NCBI GenBank assembly: GCA_016927245.1
Contig: JAFGNA010000022.1
Span: 3,128-67,127 of the forward strand
DNA: 64,000 nt
From: Candidatus Woesearchaeota archaeon
GTDB lineage: Archaea > Nanobdellota > Nanobdellia > Woesearchaeales > WJKR01
Direction of reading: 5' to 3'
Part shown: positions 47,265 to 57,529 of the stretch, one piece after another
How the letters are laid out: each line of letters starts with the position of its first letter
How positions within the stretch are numbered: the first letter of the stretch is position 1
Made by a program: the position numbers and the translations under genes
The notes under the pieces: model-generated
Databases searched by the model: none
The model's input: the letters and a program-made list of their open reading frames with translations, nothing else
What the model was told of the DNA's origin: nothing

Positions 47265-47398
47265 AAAACATCAACATCACCATACCAGAAGAGCTCCACA
47301 AACAACTCAAGATAGCAGCAGCCACGCAAGGAACCACGATCAAGGAACTCTCCATCAATCTGCTGGAACAACGCATAAAAAGAGGTGGACGAGCATGA
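47261..47398 (+). CDS. Ribbon-helix-helix small protein, copy 2 (tandem duplicate)
   Basis: 45 aa: MKNINITIPEELHKQLKIAAATQGTTIKELSINLLEQRIKRGGRA; ATGA overlaps on both sides. Confidence 0.55.
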   Translation: MKNINITIPEELHKQLKIAAATQGTTIKELSINLLEQRIKRGGRA

Positions 47399-50300
47399 AC
47401 GGACGCCTCGCGAAGACGCTCACAATCATCATCCTCACCCTCGCAGCAGCAGGAGCCATCCTCGCCACCAGCTTCAGCGACGGCCCCGACATCAGCCCGC
47501 TGAACAGCGAGCACCCCACCACGAGCGACAACATCGTCTGCTCATGGGACAGCACCGACGCCACCCAGCAATGGGTGAGCTGGATCAACGGCAGCACGGT
47601 ACACAGCGGACCGATAAAAATAATACTGCCGCAAGAGAGCCACACGCTCACCGCAGGGACCGCCAAGCGAGGAGAGACCTGGGCGTGCAACGTGACGCTC
47701 AGCAACGGCACCGCGAACATCACCGCATCAACAGGAGGGTTCACCATCAAGAACGCGCCGCCAACGGCGCCGAACGCCACGGACAGAACATTCTACGAGG
47801 ACCAGACCGCCGTCTTCACCATCAAGAGCACCGACGCGGACGGCGACACGACGAGGTACTACCTCATCGACCCGGCAGAAGCGGACGAGCGATACTGCAC
47901 CGTCGGCGAGACCACAGGGGAAGTGAGCTGCACCCCCAACAAAGAGGACAACGGCACGACGAGGTACGAGTACCTCGTCCTCGACCTCAACGGCGGCTAC
48001 AACGGCAAGAACATCACCTACCAAGTCATCCTCGTGAACGACCCGCCAAGCATCACCCTCACAGACCAAGAAGCCATCGAGGACACAGCATTCAACTACT
48101 CATTCAACGTGACGGACGAGGAAGGACACTTCCCGATCAACTTCACCTTCGAGAGCAACCTCACCAGCATCAACCTCACACAGACCGGGAGCAACAGCGC
48201 GTACATCACGTTCAACCGCGAGAGCAACGCCCCAGTCTTCGGCGAGAAAGGGTTGTGGTGGGTGCGCGTGAACGTGACGGACAACGGGCCGACGAGCGAC
48301 ACACCATATGACAACCCGAACGCCACAGCAACCTTCCTCCTGAACGTGACCACCATCAACCAGCTCCCGAACATCACAACAGACCTCGACGCGCTCGGCC
48401 TGGAAGGGACGCAACGGCAGCTGTTCAACTTCACCGTCCACGCCGAAGACCTCGACGAAGCGGACACGCTCACGTTCTCCATAAGCTCCAACTGCACCCT
48501 AGCAACAGACCCCTGGACCACGAACATCTCCACGACGAACAGCAGTCCCGAGAACGCCACCGCTCTCATCAGCGCAAACCTCACCAACGATCACGTCGTG
48601 TGCAGGTGGGTGACCATCACCGTCGACGACGGGGAGGCTCAGGACGAAGAGACCGTCTGGCTCAACCTCACGAACAAGAACGACCCCCCAGTCATCAACG
48701 CCATCAGCGACCAGGAGACCGTGAAAGGAGCGACGTACACCTACCAGGTATCAGCACACGACCCGGACGAGCTCACCTACGAAGGGGAAGAGCTCACGTA
48801 CTGGCTGAACGACACGCTCTTCTCCATCAACACCACCACAGGGTTCATCAGCACCGTCATCAACGACACCCACGTCGGCAACCACACCCTCCTCATCAAC
48901 GTCTCAGACGACGACGGCGAGAGCGACGCCAAGACCTTCAAGGTCGAGGTCAAGAACAACACCTTGCCCGTGCTGCGAAGCATAGGAGACGTGACGTGCG
49001 ACGAGGGAGACCTGTGCACGGTCTACCTCATCGTCGACGACCCTGACCCTGGAGAGGACTTCACCTCGAGATTCACGAGCAACGACACAGCAGTATTCCC
49101 CATCGTCAACGTTAACCAGACCGCCTGGCAGCACCAGCAATACCATAACGACACCGGAGAGGTCGGGAGCTACAGCATCAACATCACCGTCGCGGACCGC
49201 TATGGCTTCACCGACACCGAGACCTTCACGTTCACCATCAACAACACGAACGACGCGCCGTACTTCAACAGCGTGAACATCAACTGCACCCCTATCGTGA
49301 AGGGAAAGGCGTACTACCGAACGGTCGACGTCATTGACGAGGACGTCATGTACGACCTCGACACGCTCACCTACAACTGGTCCTTCATCACCATGGCGAA
49401 CGCGACCTTCACCCAAGACTTCTCGTTCACGGAGAACGGCACCGACTACTTCACCATGCGACTGACCCCTGAGGAAGGGCAGGCAGGCTTCTACGAGGTC
49501 AACCTCTCAACAACTGATAGCGAAGGCGCCACGCACTTCGAAATAGTCTCGTTCGACGTGCTCACCCCGAGCACCCCGCCGTATATCGAGTTCGTGAGGC
49601 CATACTGGAACGGCACGGCCAACCGCACCGAGACGACAATGGGCAACGCCTCATCGTTCCCGAGCAACCGCACGTCCATCAACGCGTCGGAGAACTCATC
49701 ATTGGTGTTCGACGCCATCGCCATCAACGACTCCAGCTTCCCGTACAACTCGCTCGACTACCACTGGTACCTCTATGGCTCATGGGACTCCACGTTGACG
49801 AACGTCAAGATGAGCGGCTCATCATCGAACGCCTCCTACGACTTGACCTTCGGGTTCTTCGACGAGGGCACCATCGAGGTGGTGCTCATGATAGAGGATT
49901 ACAAGGACTCGGTGGCGAACTGGACGTGGGAGGTCAACATCACCGACCTGAACAGGCCGCCGACGCTCATCAACGACCTCCCGAACATGACAGTAGAAGG
50001 CAGCTACAAGGACGGGAATGATTACTTCGCCGGATCTCAGGAAGGCACAGGGCTGGCGAACTGGCGCCAGCGGTTCTACGACCCTGATGATGACACCAGC
50101 ACTGATGAGGGGTTCATCTCCCCGTTCCCCTACGCGACGCCGCCCGGCGACGGCGTGCGCACGTCATCGCCGAGCATCGACGAGGAGACGAGCCTCACCT
50201 ACAGCCTCGCGCCCGGAGAGAGCTGCACCAATGCCGAGATAACCTTGAACGGCGATGACGTCGACGTGGTGGGCGTCGCCGTCGGGGAGTGCAGCGTGGT

Positions 50301-51147
50301 GTTCCGCGCGACCGACCCGTACGGCGAGTACGTAGACAGCAACAAGGTGTACATCACGGTCACGGCGATCAACGAACAGGAGGTCAAGGACCCGTCGCCC
50401 TCATCATCAAGCCCGCGGCCACGACCGGTGCCGATACCCATCGATAACCCTGTTGAGACACCGTACCCCATCGAGCTCATCACACCGAAGGATGTGTTCA
50501 CCTACGCTAACGAGACGGTAGAGATACCGCTCACCATCAAGAACACGTGGAACGACACGCTGTTCGGCGTCACGCTGAACGCCACGGCAGACAACCTCAC
50601 CGAGGACGTCTCGTTCCGATTCACCGAGTGGTCCTTTCCCTCATTGGAGACCGGCGAGAACATCTCAGTCAGCCTGTTCATCGACGGGTACCGCAAGGAA
50701 GCCCCCCTCGCAGTGGTCGTCTCTGCATGGGTGGACGATCCCGAATACGTCGACCGCGCGACGGTGATGATAAGCTCGATGGAGCAGCAGGACAGCGGCG
50801 ACGACGTGGAGAGCAAGGTCGTGTTCGCCCGTGACCTGATGAACGACAACCCTGAGTGCCAGGAGCTCGTCGAGCTCATCGACAGGGCGGAGCAGGAGCG
50901 TTTGCGGCACAACTATGACGAGGCGGTGAAGCTGGTGGAGACCGCGGTGAACGGTTGCAAGTACCTCATCAACGAGCAGAAGGACGTCGAGGAGGAGCGG
51001 CCGAAGGATTTCTTCGCGACCATGACCATCAGTCCCGAGCAGCTGCCCGCGCTGATCATCGGCGGCGTCATCGTCATCATCCTGCTCGTATTCGGCATCA
51101 TCATGCTCTTCTCAGGCAGGAAGGACGGGAGCAAGCTGGACATCTAG
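47395..51147 (+). CDS. Giant (1250 aa) glycosylated cell-surface/adhesin-like protein with C-terminal TM anchor
   Basis: N-terminal signal/TM, dozens of N-x-S/T sequons, repeated (N)DPP-containing cadherin-like modules, C-terminal LPALIIGGVIVIILLVFGIIMLF then a basic tail. Confidence 0.7.
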   Translation: MNGRLAKTLTIIILTLAAAGAILATSFSDGPDISPLNSEHPTTSDNIVCSWDSTDATQQWVSWINGSTVHSGPIKIILPQESHTLTAGTAKRGETWACNVTLSNGTANITASTGGFTIKNAPPTAPNATDRTFYEDQTAVFTIKSTDADGDTTRYYLIDPAEADERYCTVGETTGEVSCTPNKEDNGTTRYEYLVLDLNGGYNGKNITYQVILVNDPPSITLTDQEAIEDTAFNYSFNVTDEEGHFPINFTFESNLTSINLTQTGSNSAYITFNRESNAPVFGEKGLWWVRVNVTDNGPTSDTPYDNPNATATFLLNVTTINQLPNITTDLDALGLEGTQRQLFNFTVHAEDLDEADTLTFSISSNCTLATDPWTTNISTTNSSPENATALISANLTNDHVVCRWVTITVDDGEAQDEETVWLNLTNKNDPPVINAISDQETVKGATYTYQVSAHDPDELTYEGEELTYWLNDTLFSINTTTGFISTVINDTHVGNHTLLINVSDDDGESDAKTFKVEVKNNTLPVLRSIGDVTCDEGDLCTVYLIVDDPDPGEDFTSRFTSNDTAVFPIVNVNQTAWQHQQYHNDTGEVGSYSINITVADRYGFTDTETFTFTINNTNDAPYFNSVNINCTPIVKGKAYYRTVDVIDEDVMYDLDTLTYNWSFITMANATFTQDFSFTENGTDYFTMRLTPEEGQAGFYEVNLSTTDSEGATHFEIVSFDVLTPSTPPYIEFVRPYWNGTANRTETTMGNASSFPSNRTSINASENSSLVFDAIAINDSSFPYNSLDYHWYLYGSWDSTLTNVKMSGSSSNASYDLTFGFFDEGTIEVVLMIEDYKDSVANWTWEVNITDLNRPPTLINDLPNMTVEGSYKDGNDYFAGSQEGTGLANWRQRFYDPDDDTSTDEGFISPFPYATPPGDGVRTSSPSIDEETSLTYSLAPGESCTNAEITLNGDDVDVVGVAVGECSVVFRATDPYGEYVDSNKVYITVTAINEQEVKDPSPSSSSPRPRPVPIPIDNPVETPYPIELITPKDVFTYANETVEIPLTIKNTWNDTLFGVTLNATADNLTEDVSFRFTEWSFPSLETGENISVSLFIDGYRKEAPLAVVVSAWVDDPEYVDRATVMISSMEQQDSGDDVESKVVFARDLMNDNPECQELVELIDRAEQERLRHNYDEAVKLVETAVNGCKYLINEQKDVEEERPKDFFATMTISPEQLPALIIGGVIVIILLVFGIIMLFSGRKDGSKLDI

Positions 51148-51185
51148 ACTGCACCTGGACTGACAGCTAGGACGATAACCCTTCA

Positions 51186-52529
51186 TTATTGGAGCTTCGC
51201 GTAGAGTTCCTGCAGCTTGCCGTAGTAGCGGTGCTTGTCATGCTCAGGCAAGGCGTCGTAGTGCTCGAGGAGCTGGCGATAGGCGTCCTGCGCCCCTGCC
51301 AGGTCCTGCTGCGCGATGAGGTGCTCTACCCCTACGATGAGGTGGTCTAGGTCTGGCGGATGCCGCGCGGCCGCGGAGGAGGAGTCATCCTCCTTGATGA
51401 CGTCATCGAGTTGTTCTGCCAAGCGGTTGAGGTCATCGGAGAGCTCCTCATCATCCCCGAAGTACACCTCCGAGTCGTTGTCATCAGGAGAGGAGTATTG
51501 CTGGGCTGGCGCGTGCTCAGGGATGGTCGCCTGTGCCTGTTCTTGTAGCGGCGCCTCGGGAACGGCGTCTTCTGGAGGCGTGGAAGGAACGGTGTCAGTA
51601 TCTGGGATGGCCTCTTGCGGCGGGGCTTGCTCCTCAAGAACGGGCTCGGTGGTTGGCTGGTCGCCGGATGCTTGCGTTTCTTCCTGGCTCGGCGCCTCAG
51701 GAACGGCATCCTGTGCTGGCGAGGGTTGGGTCGTGCCCGAAGGCTCCGTGGATGCTTGCTGTTCAAACGGTAAGGGCTCGTCATCGCTGACGGATGGCGC
51801 GTCATGGTTGGCGTGATCGTCGGACGACCAGTCATCGGCCATCGATGGGCGGAGGGCTTCTGGCGACTCCTGCGGCTCTACCCATGAAGGCGCCTTGCCG
51901 GTGTCAGGAGCCGCCGGTTGCTCCCCTGCTGGTCGTTGCTCTTCTGCTAGCGGCTCCTGCGGGGCGCCTTGCTCCTCTGGTGAGGGTTCGAGCGACGGCA
52001 CCTCGAATTGTCCTTCCATGGTCGCCGGCGAAGGCGAGGGTCTCGGAGCGTCTTCTAATGAGGAAGCAGGGAGTTCCGGGGCGGTCTCGGGGAGCGCGTC
52101 CTTCCGCACTTCTCGTTCCTCTTGGGGGGTGAGTTGCGGCGAATCCTTGGCGGCGGGGACTTCCTTGCTCCCGAACAGGCGTGAGAACAACCCTCCTCGT
52201 TGCATCTCCTTCTTGATGAGGGAGTTCACGAGCTTGGAGAACGAGGTGAGGATGTTCCGCAACACCTCTTGAGGTATTTCTTCGTCTTTGTACTCGATGG
52301 TGCTGAAGTCCTTGAGGAGGCGGAACAGGCTCTCCTTGACCTGCTTCTCGATGTACACCTTCTTGAGCTCCTCGGTGAGCTCGTCGAACGTGAACTCATA
52401 GTTGGCGTGGAGGTATTCCTTGAAGAATTCCTTGATGACCGTGTAGACGTCGACGTCCTTGATGGAGTGCTTGCTGAGCAGGTACGCTATCTTTTTGTCC
52501 GTCATCTCCTTGAGGAGGGCTTGTGTCAT
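51186..52529 (-). CDS. Acidic Pro/Glu/Gln-rich low-complexity protein with structured N- and C-terminal domains
   Basis: 447 aa, central PE-rich disordered region, helical termini. Confidence 0.45.
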   Translation of the reverse strand: MTQALLKEMTDKKIAYLLSKHSIKDVDVYTVIKEFFKEYLHANYEFTFDELTEELKKVYIEKQVKESLFRLLKDFSTIEYKDEEIPQEVLRNILTSFSKLVNSLIKKEMQRGGLFSRLFGSKEVPAAKDSPQLTPQEEREVRKDALPETAPELPASSLEDAPRPSPSPATMEGQFEVPSLEPSPEEQGAPQEPLAEEQRPAGEQPAAPDTGKAPSWVEPQESPEALRPSMADDWSSDDHANHDAPSVSDDEPLPFEQQASTEPSGTTQPSPAQDAVPEAPSQEETQASGDQPTTEPVLEEQAPPQEAIPDTDTVPSTPPEDAVPEAPLQEQAQATIPEHAPAQQYSSPDDNDSEVYFGDDEELSDDLNRLAEQLDDVIKEDDSSSAAARHPPDLDHLIVGVEHLIAQQDLAGAQDAYRQLLEHYDALPEHDKHRYYGKLQELYAKLQ

Positions 52530-52676
52530 GCCTGACTCGGACTTGACGCCAACAGTCGCTATGTGCTCACCCCTTTGTTGAAAGGTTCCTCCCTGTCGAG
52601 ATATTTAAATCTTTCTACGCTGAGTGCCGACGACGAATACAAAATTATTTAAATAAGCGGGGTTCAAGGACAAGCG

Positions 52677-53684
52677 ATGGCGGATAGCTTTGAGGGCATC
52701 AGCCCTCAAGAGTTGAAAAAAGAGGTGGCCCAGTACCAACAGCGCTTCGACCGTATCCGTTCAGAGATTAGCAAGATCATGGTCGGACAGCGTCACATCG
52801 TCGACGCGCTGATAGAGGCTATCCTCTGCAACGGCCACGTCCTCCTTGAGGGCATCCCTGGCTTGGGGAAGACACTTCTCGTCCGCACGATCAGCACGAT
52901 TACCGGGTCGTCGTTCAGCCGCATCCAGTTCACCCCGGACCTCTTGCCCACCGATATCATCGGCATCACGACGTACGAGGAGGGGAAGGGGTTCTACACG
53001 GTGAAAGGCCCTATCTTCGCGAATTTCGTCCTGGCGGACGAGATCAACCGCGCCCCGCCGAAGGTGCAGTCAGCCTTGCTGGAGGGCATGCAGGAACGAC
53101 AGGTGACTATTGGTAAGGAGACGTTCAGGCTCCCGTTCCCCTTTTTCGTCATGGCAACGGAGAACCCCGTCGAGCAATTAGGGACGTACAAGTTGCCAGA
53201 GGCGCAGCTCGACCGCTTCTTGTACAAGGTGATGATGACGTACCCGACGTTCGAGGAGGAGCTCCTCATCCTCAAGCAAAACATTACCACGCGTGACTTC
53301 AGCGAGTTCGACCTGACGCCGGTATTGACCCCTGAGGAGATCATACGCGCGCAGCAGCTCGTCAAGCACATCAGGCTCGATACCAAGATTGAGAATTACA
53401 TCGTCAGAATCGTGGAGGCGACGCGCGACGCGGAGAAGTACAAGCTGGAGAGCGGCAAGTACATCAGCTTCGGCGCCTCCCCTCGTTCGAGCATCGCGTT
53501 GTTCATCGCTTCGAAGGCCCACGCGCTCATGCGCGGGAGCGAGGTGGTGAAGCCGATGGACGTGAAGAGCGTCGCTTATCAGGTGTTACGGCATCGTATC
53601 ATTCTGAATTTCGAGGGCCAAGCCGAAGAGATCAATCCAGACGTCATCATCAAGGAAATCCTCGACAAGGTCCCGATCGTGTGA
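52677..53684 (+). CDS. MoxR-family AAA+ ATPase
   Basis: HVLLEGIPGLGKT (Walker A), FANFVLADEINRAPPKVQSALLEGMQE (Walker B / sensor), 335 aa. Confidence 0.85.
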   Translation: MADSFEGISPQELKKEVAQYQQRFDRIRSEISKIMVGQRHIVDALIEAILCNGHVLLEGIPGLGKTLLVRTISTITGSSFSRIQFTPDLLPTDIIGITTYEEGKGFYTVKGPIFANFVLADEINRAPPKVQSALLEGMQERQVTIGKETFRLPFPFFVMATENPVEQLGTYKLPEAQLDRFLYKVMMTYPTFEEELLILKQNITTRDFSEFDLTPVLTPEEIIRAQQLVKHIRLDTKIENYIVRIVEATRDAEKYKLESGKYISFGASPRSSIALFIASKAHALMRGSEVVKPMDVKSVAYQVLRHRIILNFEGQAEEINPDVIIKEILDKVPIV

Positions 53685-53700
53685 TCAGGCCGCGCAGGAC

Positions 53701-54612
53701 GTGATGCGCATGGCTATCAAAGACTTGCGGGTCGACTTGACCCCACATATCAGGAAGGCGGAGATCTACGCGAAGCGCTCCGTCCTGTCCAAGAACATCG
53801 CTGGCAGCTGGGTGACCACGTTCAAGGGGCGCGGCATAGAGTTCGCGGGTTACAGGAGCTACCAGTACGGCGACGACGCATCCCTTATCGACTGGCGGGC
53901 TTCGCTGCGCGCCAAGGAATCGTTGGTACGCGAGTTCGAGGAGTACCGCAGCTTCTCCGTGTTCATCATGCTCGACGTCTCGAACAGCATGCTCTTCTCC
54001 TCTACTGGCAAGCTCAAGGCGGAGTACGCGGCGGAGCTGACCTACGGGCTCGCCGATGGCATCCTGCGCGGCGGCGACGCCGTAGGCCTCGGGATGTTCA
54101 CGGATGACCTAGACGTGAGCATCTACCCTGACATCGGTAAGGGGATGCTGGAGAAGATGTCGCAGGAGCTCGGCGACCCGAACAACTACGGCGGCAAGTT
54201 CGATTTCAAGAAGGTGCTCCGCCAGACAGTCTCTTTCCTGAAGAGCAACGCGGTGCTCATCGTCGTGTCAGACTTCCTCGGCCTTGAGGAGGGGTGGGAG
54301 CGGTACATCAGGATGATGTCGCAGCACTTCGAGATTATCGGCATCATGGTGCGCGACCCGCGAGACCGGGCGCTCCCGAAAGGCGTTGGGCAGTTCGCCC
54401 TTGAGGACCCGTACACGAACGACTACTTGTACATTGATACGAGGCAGTATGCCGAGAAGTACCGTTCGTTGGTCCTCGAGGAGGAAGAGCACGTCAAGCG
54501 CGTCTTCGAGGGCGTGAAGGGAGGATTCACGCTCATCACCACTGACAAGGATTATGTTGAGCCGTTGATGCGGTTCCTGAGGAGAAGGCAGTTTATCACC
54601 ATGACGACGTGA
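53701..54612 (+). CDS. DUF58 family (vWA-like) protein
   Basis: Typical MoxR-operon partner: GYRSYQYGDDASLIDWRASLRAKE, FIMLDVSNSM. Confidence 0.7.
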   Translation: MMRMAIKDLRVDLTPHIRKAEIYAKRSVLSKNIAGSWVTTFKGRGIEFAGYRSYQYGDDASLIDWRASLRAKESLVREFEEYRSFSVFIMLDVSNSMLFSSTGKLKAEYAAELTYGLADGILRGGDAVGLGMFTDDLDVSIYPDIGKGMLEKMSQELGDPNNYGGKFDFKKVLRQTVSFLKSNAVLIVVSDFLGLEEGWERYIRMMSQHFEIIGIMVRDPRDRALPKGVGQFALEDPYTNDYLYIDTRQYAEKYRSLVLEEEEHVKRVFEGVKGGFTLITTDKDYVEPLMRFLRRRQFITMTT

Positions 54613-54616
54613 GAGC

Positions 54617-55576
54617 ATGTACTTGACGTTCGAGAACCCGGCCTACTTGTGGTACCTTGCTAGCTTGCCCTTGCTGGTCATGACGCACTTCCTGTCGTTG
54701 CGCGGCGCGAAGCGGCGGGCAATGCAGTTCGCGAATTTCCAGACGCTGAAGCGCGTGGCTGGCAGGCGATTCGTCACGAAGAACATGACGGTGCTGCTCA
54801 TGCGCATCGCCATCTTGGTCATGCTCATCTTCTCCGCGGCGGGCATACAGCTCTGGCACCAGGCCGAGCGCCTGCCGAGCAATTACGTCATCGCCATCGA
54901 TATCTCCTCGTCCATGGCCGCTAAGGATTTCGAGCCGAGCAGGCTTGAAGTGGCTAAGGATTACGCTACGAGGTTCGTGGATACCTTGCACGCGGAAGCA
55001 AAGGTCGGCGTGGTCACGTTCTCGGGCGTGACGATCATCAAGCAGGTGCTCACCGATGACAAGAATGCCGTTAAGATCGCTATTGATAGCATCGAGATTA
55101 CAAAGGCTGGTGGTACTGACATCCCCGGCGCGCTCATAACGAGCACGAACCTGCTCCTCGCGGACCCTGACTTGGGCAAGACGATAGTCTTGTTCACCGA
55201 CGGGACTTCCACCTTGGGCAATTTCATCGACAACTCCATGGTGCGGGCGGTGAGCTACGCGCAGGAGCACAAGGTCGTCATCGACTGCGTGGGCATCGGG
55301 AGCGAGTCGGCGCCTATCGGTTACTTGCCGGAGTACTATAACATCACGGCGACGTACGACCCGGAGAACTTGTACATGCTGAGCAACGCGACGGGGGGCG
55401 TCGTCATCCCTGCTAGTGATGAGGACACCTTGGAGGAGTCGTTCGAGGGATTGCTAGAGAGCGCTGATGAGGTGTTCGTGAGCAAGCGGCTCGACCTGGG
55501 ATTGTTGGTCGTCGGGATATTGTTGCTGTTCATCGAGTGGGGGCTCATCAACTCGCGGTATCGGAGGATTACGTGA
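54617..55576 (+). CDS. VWA-domain membrane protein (BatA-like)
   Basis: N-terminal TM, MIDAS-like YVIAIDISSSM, C-terminal TM. Confidence 0.7.
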   Translation: MYLTFENPAYLWYLASLPLLVMTHFLSLRGAKRRAMQFANFQTLKRVAGRRFVTKNMTVLLMRIAILVMLIFSAAGIQLWHQAERLPSNYVIAIDISSSMAAKDFEPSRLEVAKDYATRFVDTLHAEAKVGVVTFSGVTIIKQVLTDDKNAVKIAIDSIEITKAGGTDIPGALITSTNLLLADPDLGKTIVLFTDGTSTLGNFIDNSMVRAVSYAQEHKVVIDCVGIGSESAPIGYLPEYYNITATYDPENLYMLSNATGGVVIPASDEDTLEESFEGLLESADEVFVSKRLDLGLLVVGILLLFIEWGLINSRYRRIT

Positions 55577-56010
55577 TGTTGCTCGAGTTGTTGACGCACC
55601 CGTTGTTCTTGTCAGCGTTCTGTACGTGGCTGGCGGCGGGTGCCATCAAGTTCGCGGTGGTGAGCGTGAATGGTGGGAATCGGCCGTCGTTCGCTGAGGA
55701 GTTGTTCAAGACGGGAGGGATGCCTTCTGGCCACAGCGCGGTCGTGGCCGCGACGACGATGTCCGTGTTCTTCCTTCAGGGCGTGTCGACCTTGTTCCTC
55801 GTGTGCGCCGTGTTCAGCATCATCATCATCCGTGACAGCTTCGGCGTGCGGTGGAGCGTGGGCCAACAAGCAAAGGTTTTGAACAAGCTGGCGCAGAAGG
55901 AGAAGTTGCACGAGAAGGTCAAGGTCGTCCTGGGCCATACCTTGTCCCAGGCCGTCGCGGGCATCATTCTGGGCGTGATCGTCGCGGTTGTCGTGCATCT
56001 AGCCGTCTGA
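55576..56010 (+). CDS. DUF212 / divergent PAP2 family membrane protein
   Basis: GGMPSGHSAVVAATTMSV, FGVRWS motifs; ATG overlaps the stop of the upstream gene. Confidence 0.55.
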   Translation: MLLELLTHPLFLSAFCTWLAAGAIKFAVVSVNGGNRPSFAEELFKTGGMPSGHSAVVAATTMSVFFLQGVSTLFLVCAVFSIIIIRDSFGVRWSVGQQAKVLNKLAQKEKLHEKVKVVLGHTLSQAVAGIILGVIVAVVVHLAV

Positions 56011-56053
56011 GAAGAAAAACCTTTAAAAACCTCGTTCTGGTACGCTCTGGTGC

Positions 56054-56170
56054 GCCTCCGTAGCATAGTGGCTAGTGCGTCGGTCTTGTATTGCGAAAAC
56101 GAGGGTTTTCGAAACTCTCGCTGTCGTTCGAGCAAACCGAAGGTCCCGGGTTCGACTCCCGGCGGGGGCT
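56054..56170 (+). tRNA. tRNA-Thr (anticodon TGT) with 44-nt intron at 37/38
   Basis: Acceptor GCCUCCG/CGGGGGC, D-arm GCAU-AGUGGCUA-GUGC, anticodon arm UCGGU-CUUGUA[intron]A-ACCGA, T-arm CCGGG-UUCGACU-CCCGG, discriminator U. Exon nts 32-35 CUUG pair 4/4 with intron CGAG ahead of the 3' splice site (BHB-like). Confidence 0.8.
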
Positions 56171-56314
56171 TCTTTCTCTTATTATAAACAGGTATAACAA
56201 ATATCCTGCTTTTTGGCCGCTTTGTCTTATACCTCCATGTTGATTTTTCTGTATAATGATGAATTTGTGCTAGTGAGTTGTTATTTTATTCGGGTTGCAG
56301 GAAAAAATAACGGG

Positions 56315-57145
56315 CTATTTCTTCTTTGATGCAGTCCCCTTTGCATTGAATGTTCTGTATAATGCGGGTAACGCACTAAGCGATTCTCTCAAATCAATGC
56401 CTAACGATTCCATCGTATTGAAATAATTATCAAGGTTAAGATTGTCATCGCTAGTGATTTCTACGATAAATTTTTTGTTGAGTTTTTGAGAAATGCGTCT
56501 AAGTTCATGTTCTTCAGGAGAATATTCTGTTTCTCGTCCTGCGAATCTCTTGAAGAATGTGGGGGCTTTCGTTTCTAAGCCAGTGTCAGCCGTCCAATAC
56601 ATCTCGTCGTTGAAGAAATCTGTTTTCACGAATTCCTCAAAGTAATGTGCTTTTTCTAGCATGAATTTTGATACTTTGGGTAATGGACCGAGTCGCCACA
56701 CATCCATTGTCGATGGGTTTTTTCCTTTGCTTTGTATGTCTATGCGCTCGATTAATCCTTTTTTTGCGAGTTGTTTTAGTGCGTTAGCGCAGTGTGTTTT
56801 CTTGTATTTTTGGTGCAATCCATCTTTTATGAATGGACCCGTCATCATGTAAGAATCATAATATCTTTGTGCCCTGACATGCTTCGCAGTCCATTGGATG
56901 TATTTAGGTTTTCCAGCAAAGACATCACCATCATCTTGCCCATCGTCGGTCTTGCCACCATCGTAATTCCTTTTGAAATCTGTTGCTCTCGCGAATAGTT
57001 GATTTTCGTTTAGTGTTGTAGAGGTTATTTTTTGCGTTTTTTTCTCTTCATCAGTCTTGGGGTTGGGGTGAGGATTGGCCATAAAAAGTATTATTTGTTC
57101 TTGTATGTCTTTCGGGTATTTAGTCCGTTTATTGGCTGTTTTCAC
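56315..57145 (-). CDS. Hypothetical protein of the integrated element
   Basis: 276-aa AT-rich ORF, Lys-rich, no clear motif. Confidence 0.4.
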   Translation of the reverse strand: MKTANKRTKYPKDIQEQIILFMANPHPNPKTDEEKKTQKITSTTLNENQLFARATDFKRNYDGGKTDDGQDDGDVFAGKPKYIQWTAKHVRAQRYYDSYMMTGPFIKDGLHQKYKKTHCANALKQLAKKGLIERIDIQSKGKNPSTMDVWRLGPLPKVSKFMLEKAHYFEEFVKTDFFNDEMYWTADTGLETKAPTFFKRFAGRETEYSPEEHELRRISQKLNKKFIVEITSDDNLNLDNYFNTMESLGIDLRESLSALPALYRTFNAKGTASKKK

Positions 57146-57364
57146 GGAGTATATGGACTGTATATCTGCTATTTATAAGTATCTATTTTGACCTTTAAAT
57201 AACGTATTTTGTTCACAAAAAAACTCTATTAGCGTAGGAAAATAATTTTTACAAGCATGAATACCCCATTAACATGAAGGAATTACCACGAGAAGTGGAA
57301 GAGCAACTCAGCATAGAAGTTCGCATAATACGAGCCTTTTACTTCTCGAAGCGGAGGGAAAAAC

Positions 57365-57529
57365 ATGAAGCAAGAAGTCAAGCAACTGATGGTGTACGTG
57401 CCGAAGACAATCCACAATAGGCTACGGCAACACTCAAAGAAAGTAGGCATCAACATGAGCGCACTAGCAAAACTAGCACTACACCAATACCTGGAGAACG
57501 AGGCGAACAACGATGAACGTGCACAATAG
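57365..57529 (+). CDS. Ribbon-helix-helix (CopG-like) protein, plasmid copy-control type
   Basis: Hand-translated 54 aa MKQEVKQLMVYVPKTIHNRLRQHSKKVGINMSALAKLALHQYLENEANNDERAQ; directly upstream of the replicase, as with pRN1 orf56. Confidence 0.6.
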   Translation: MKQEVKQLMVYVPKTIHNRLRQHSKKVGINMSALAKLALHQYLENEANNDERAQ

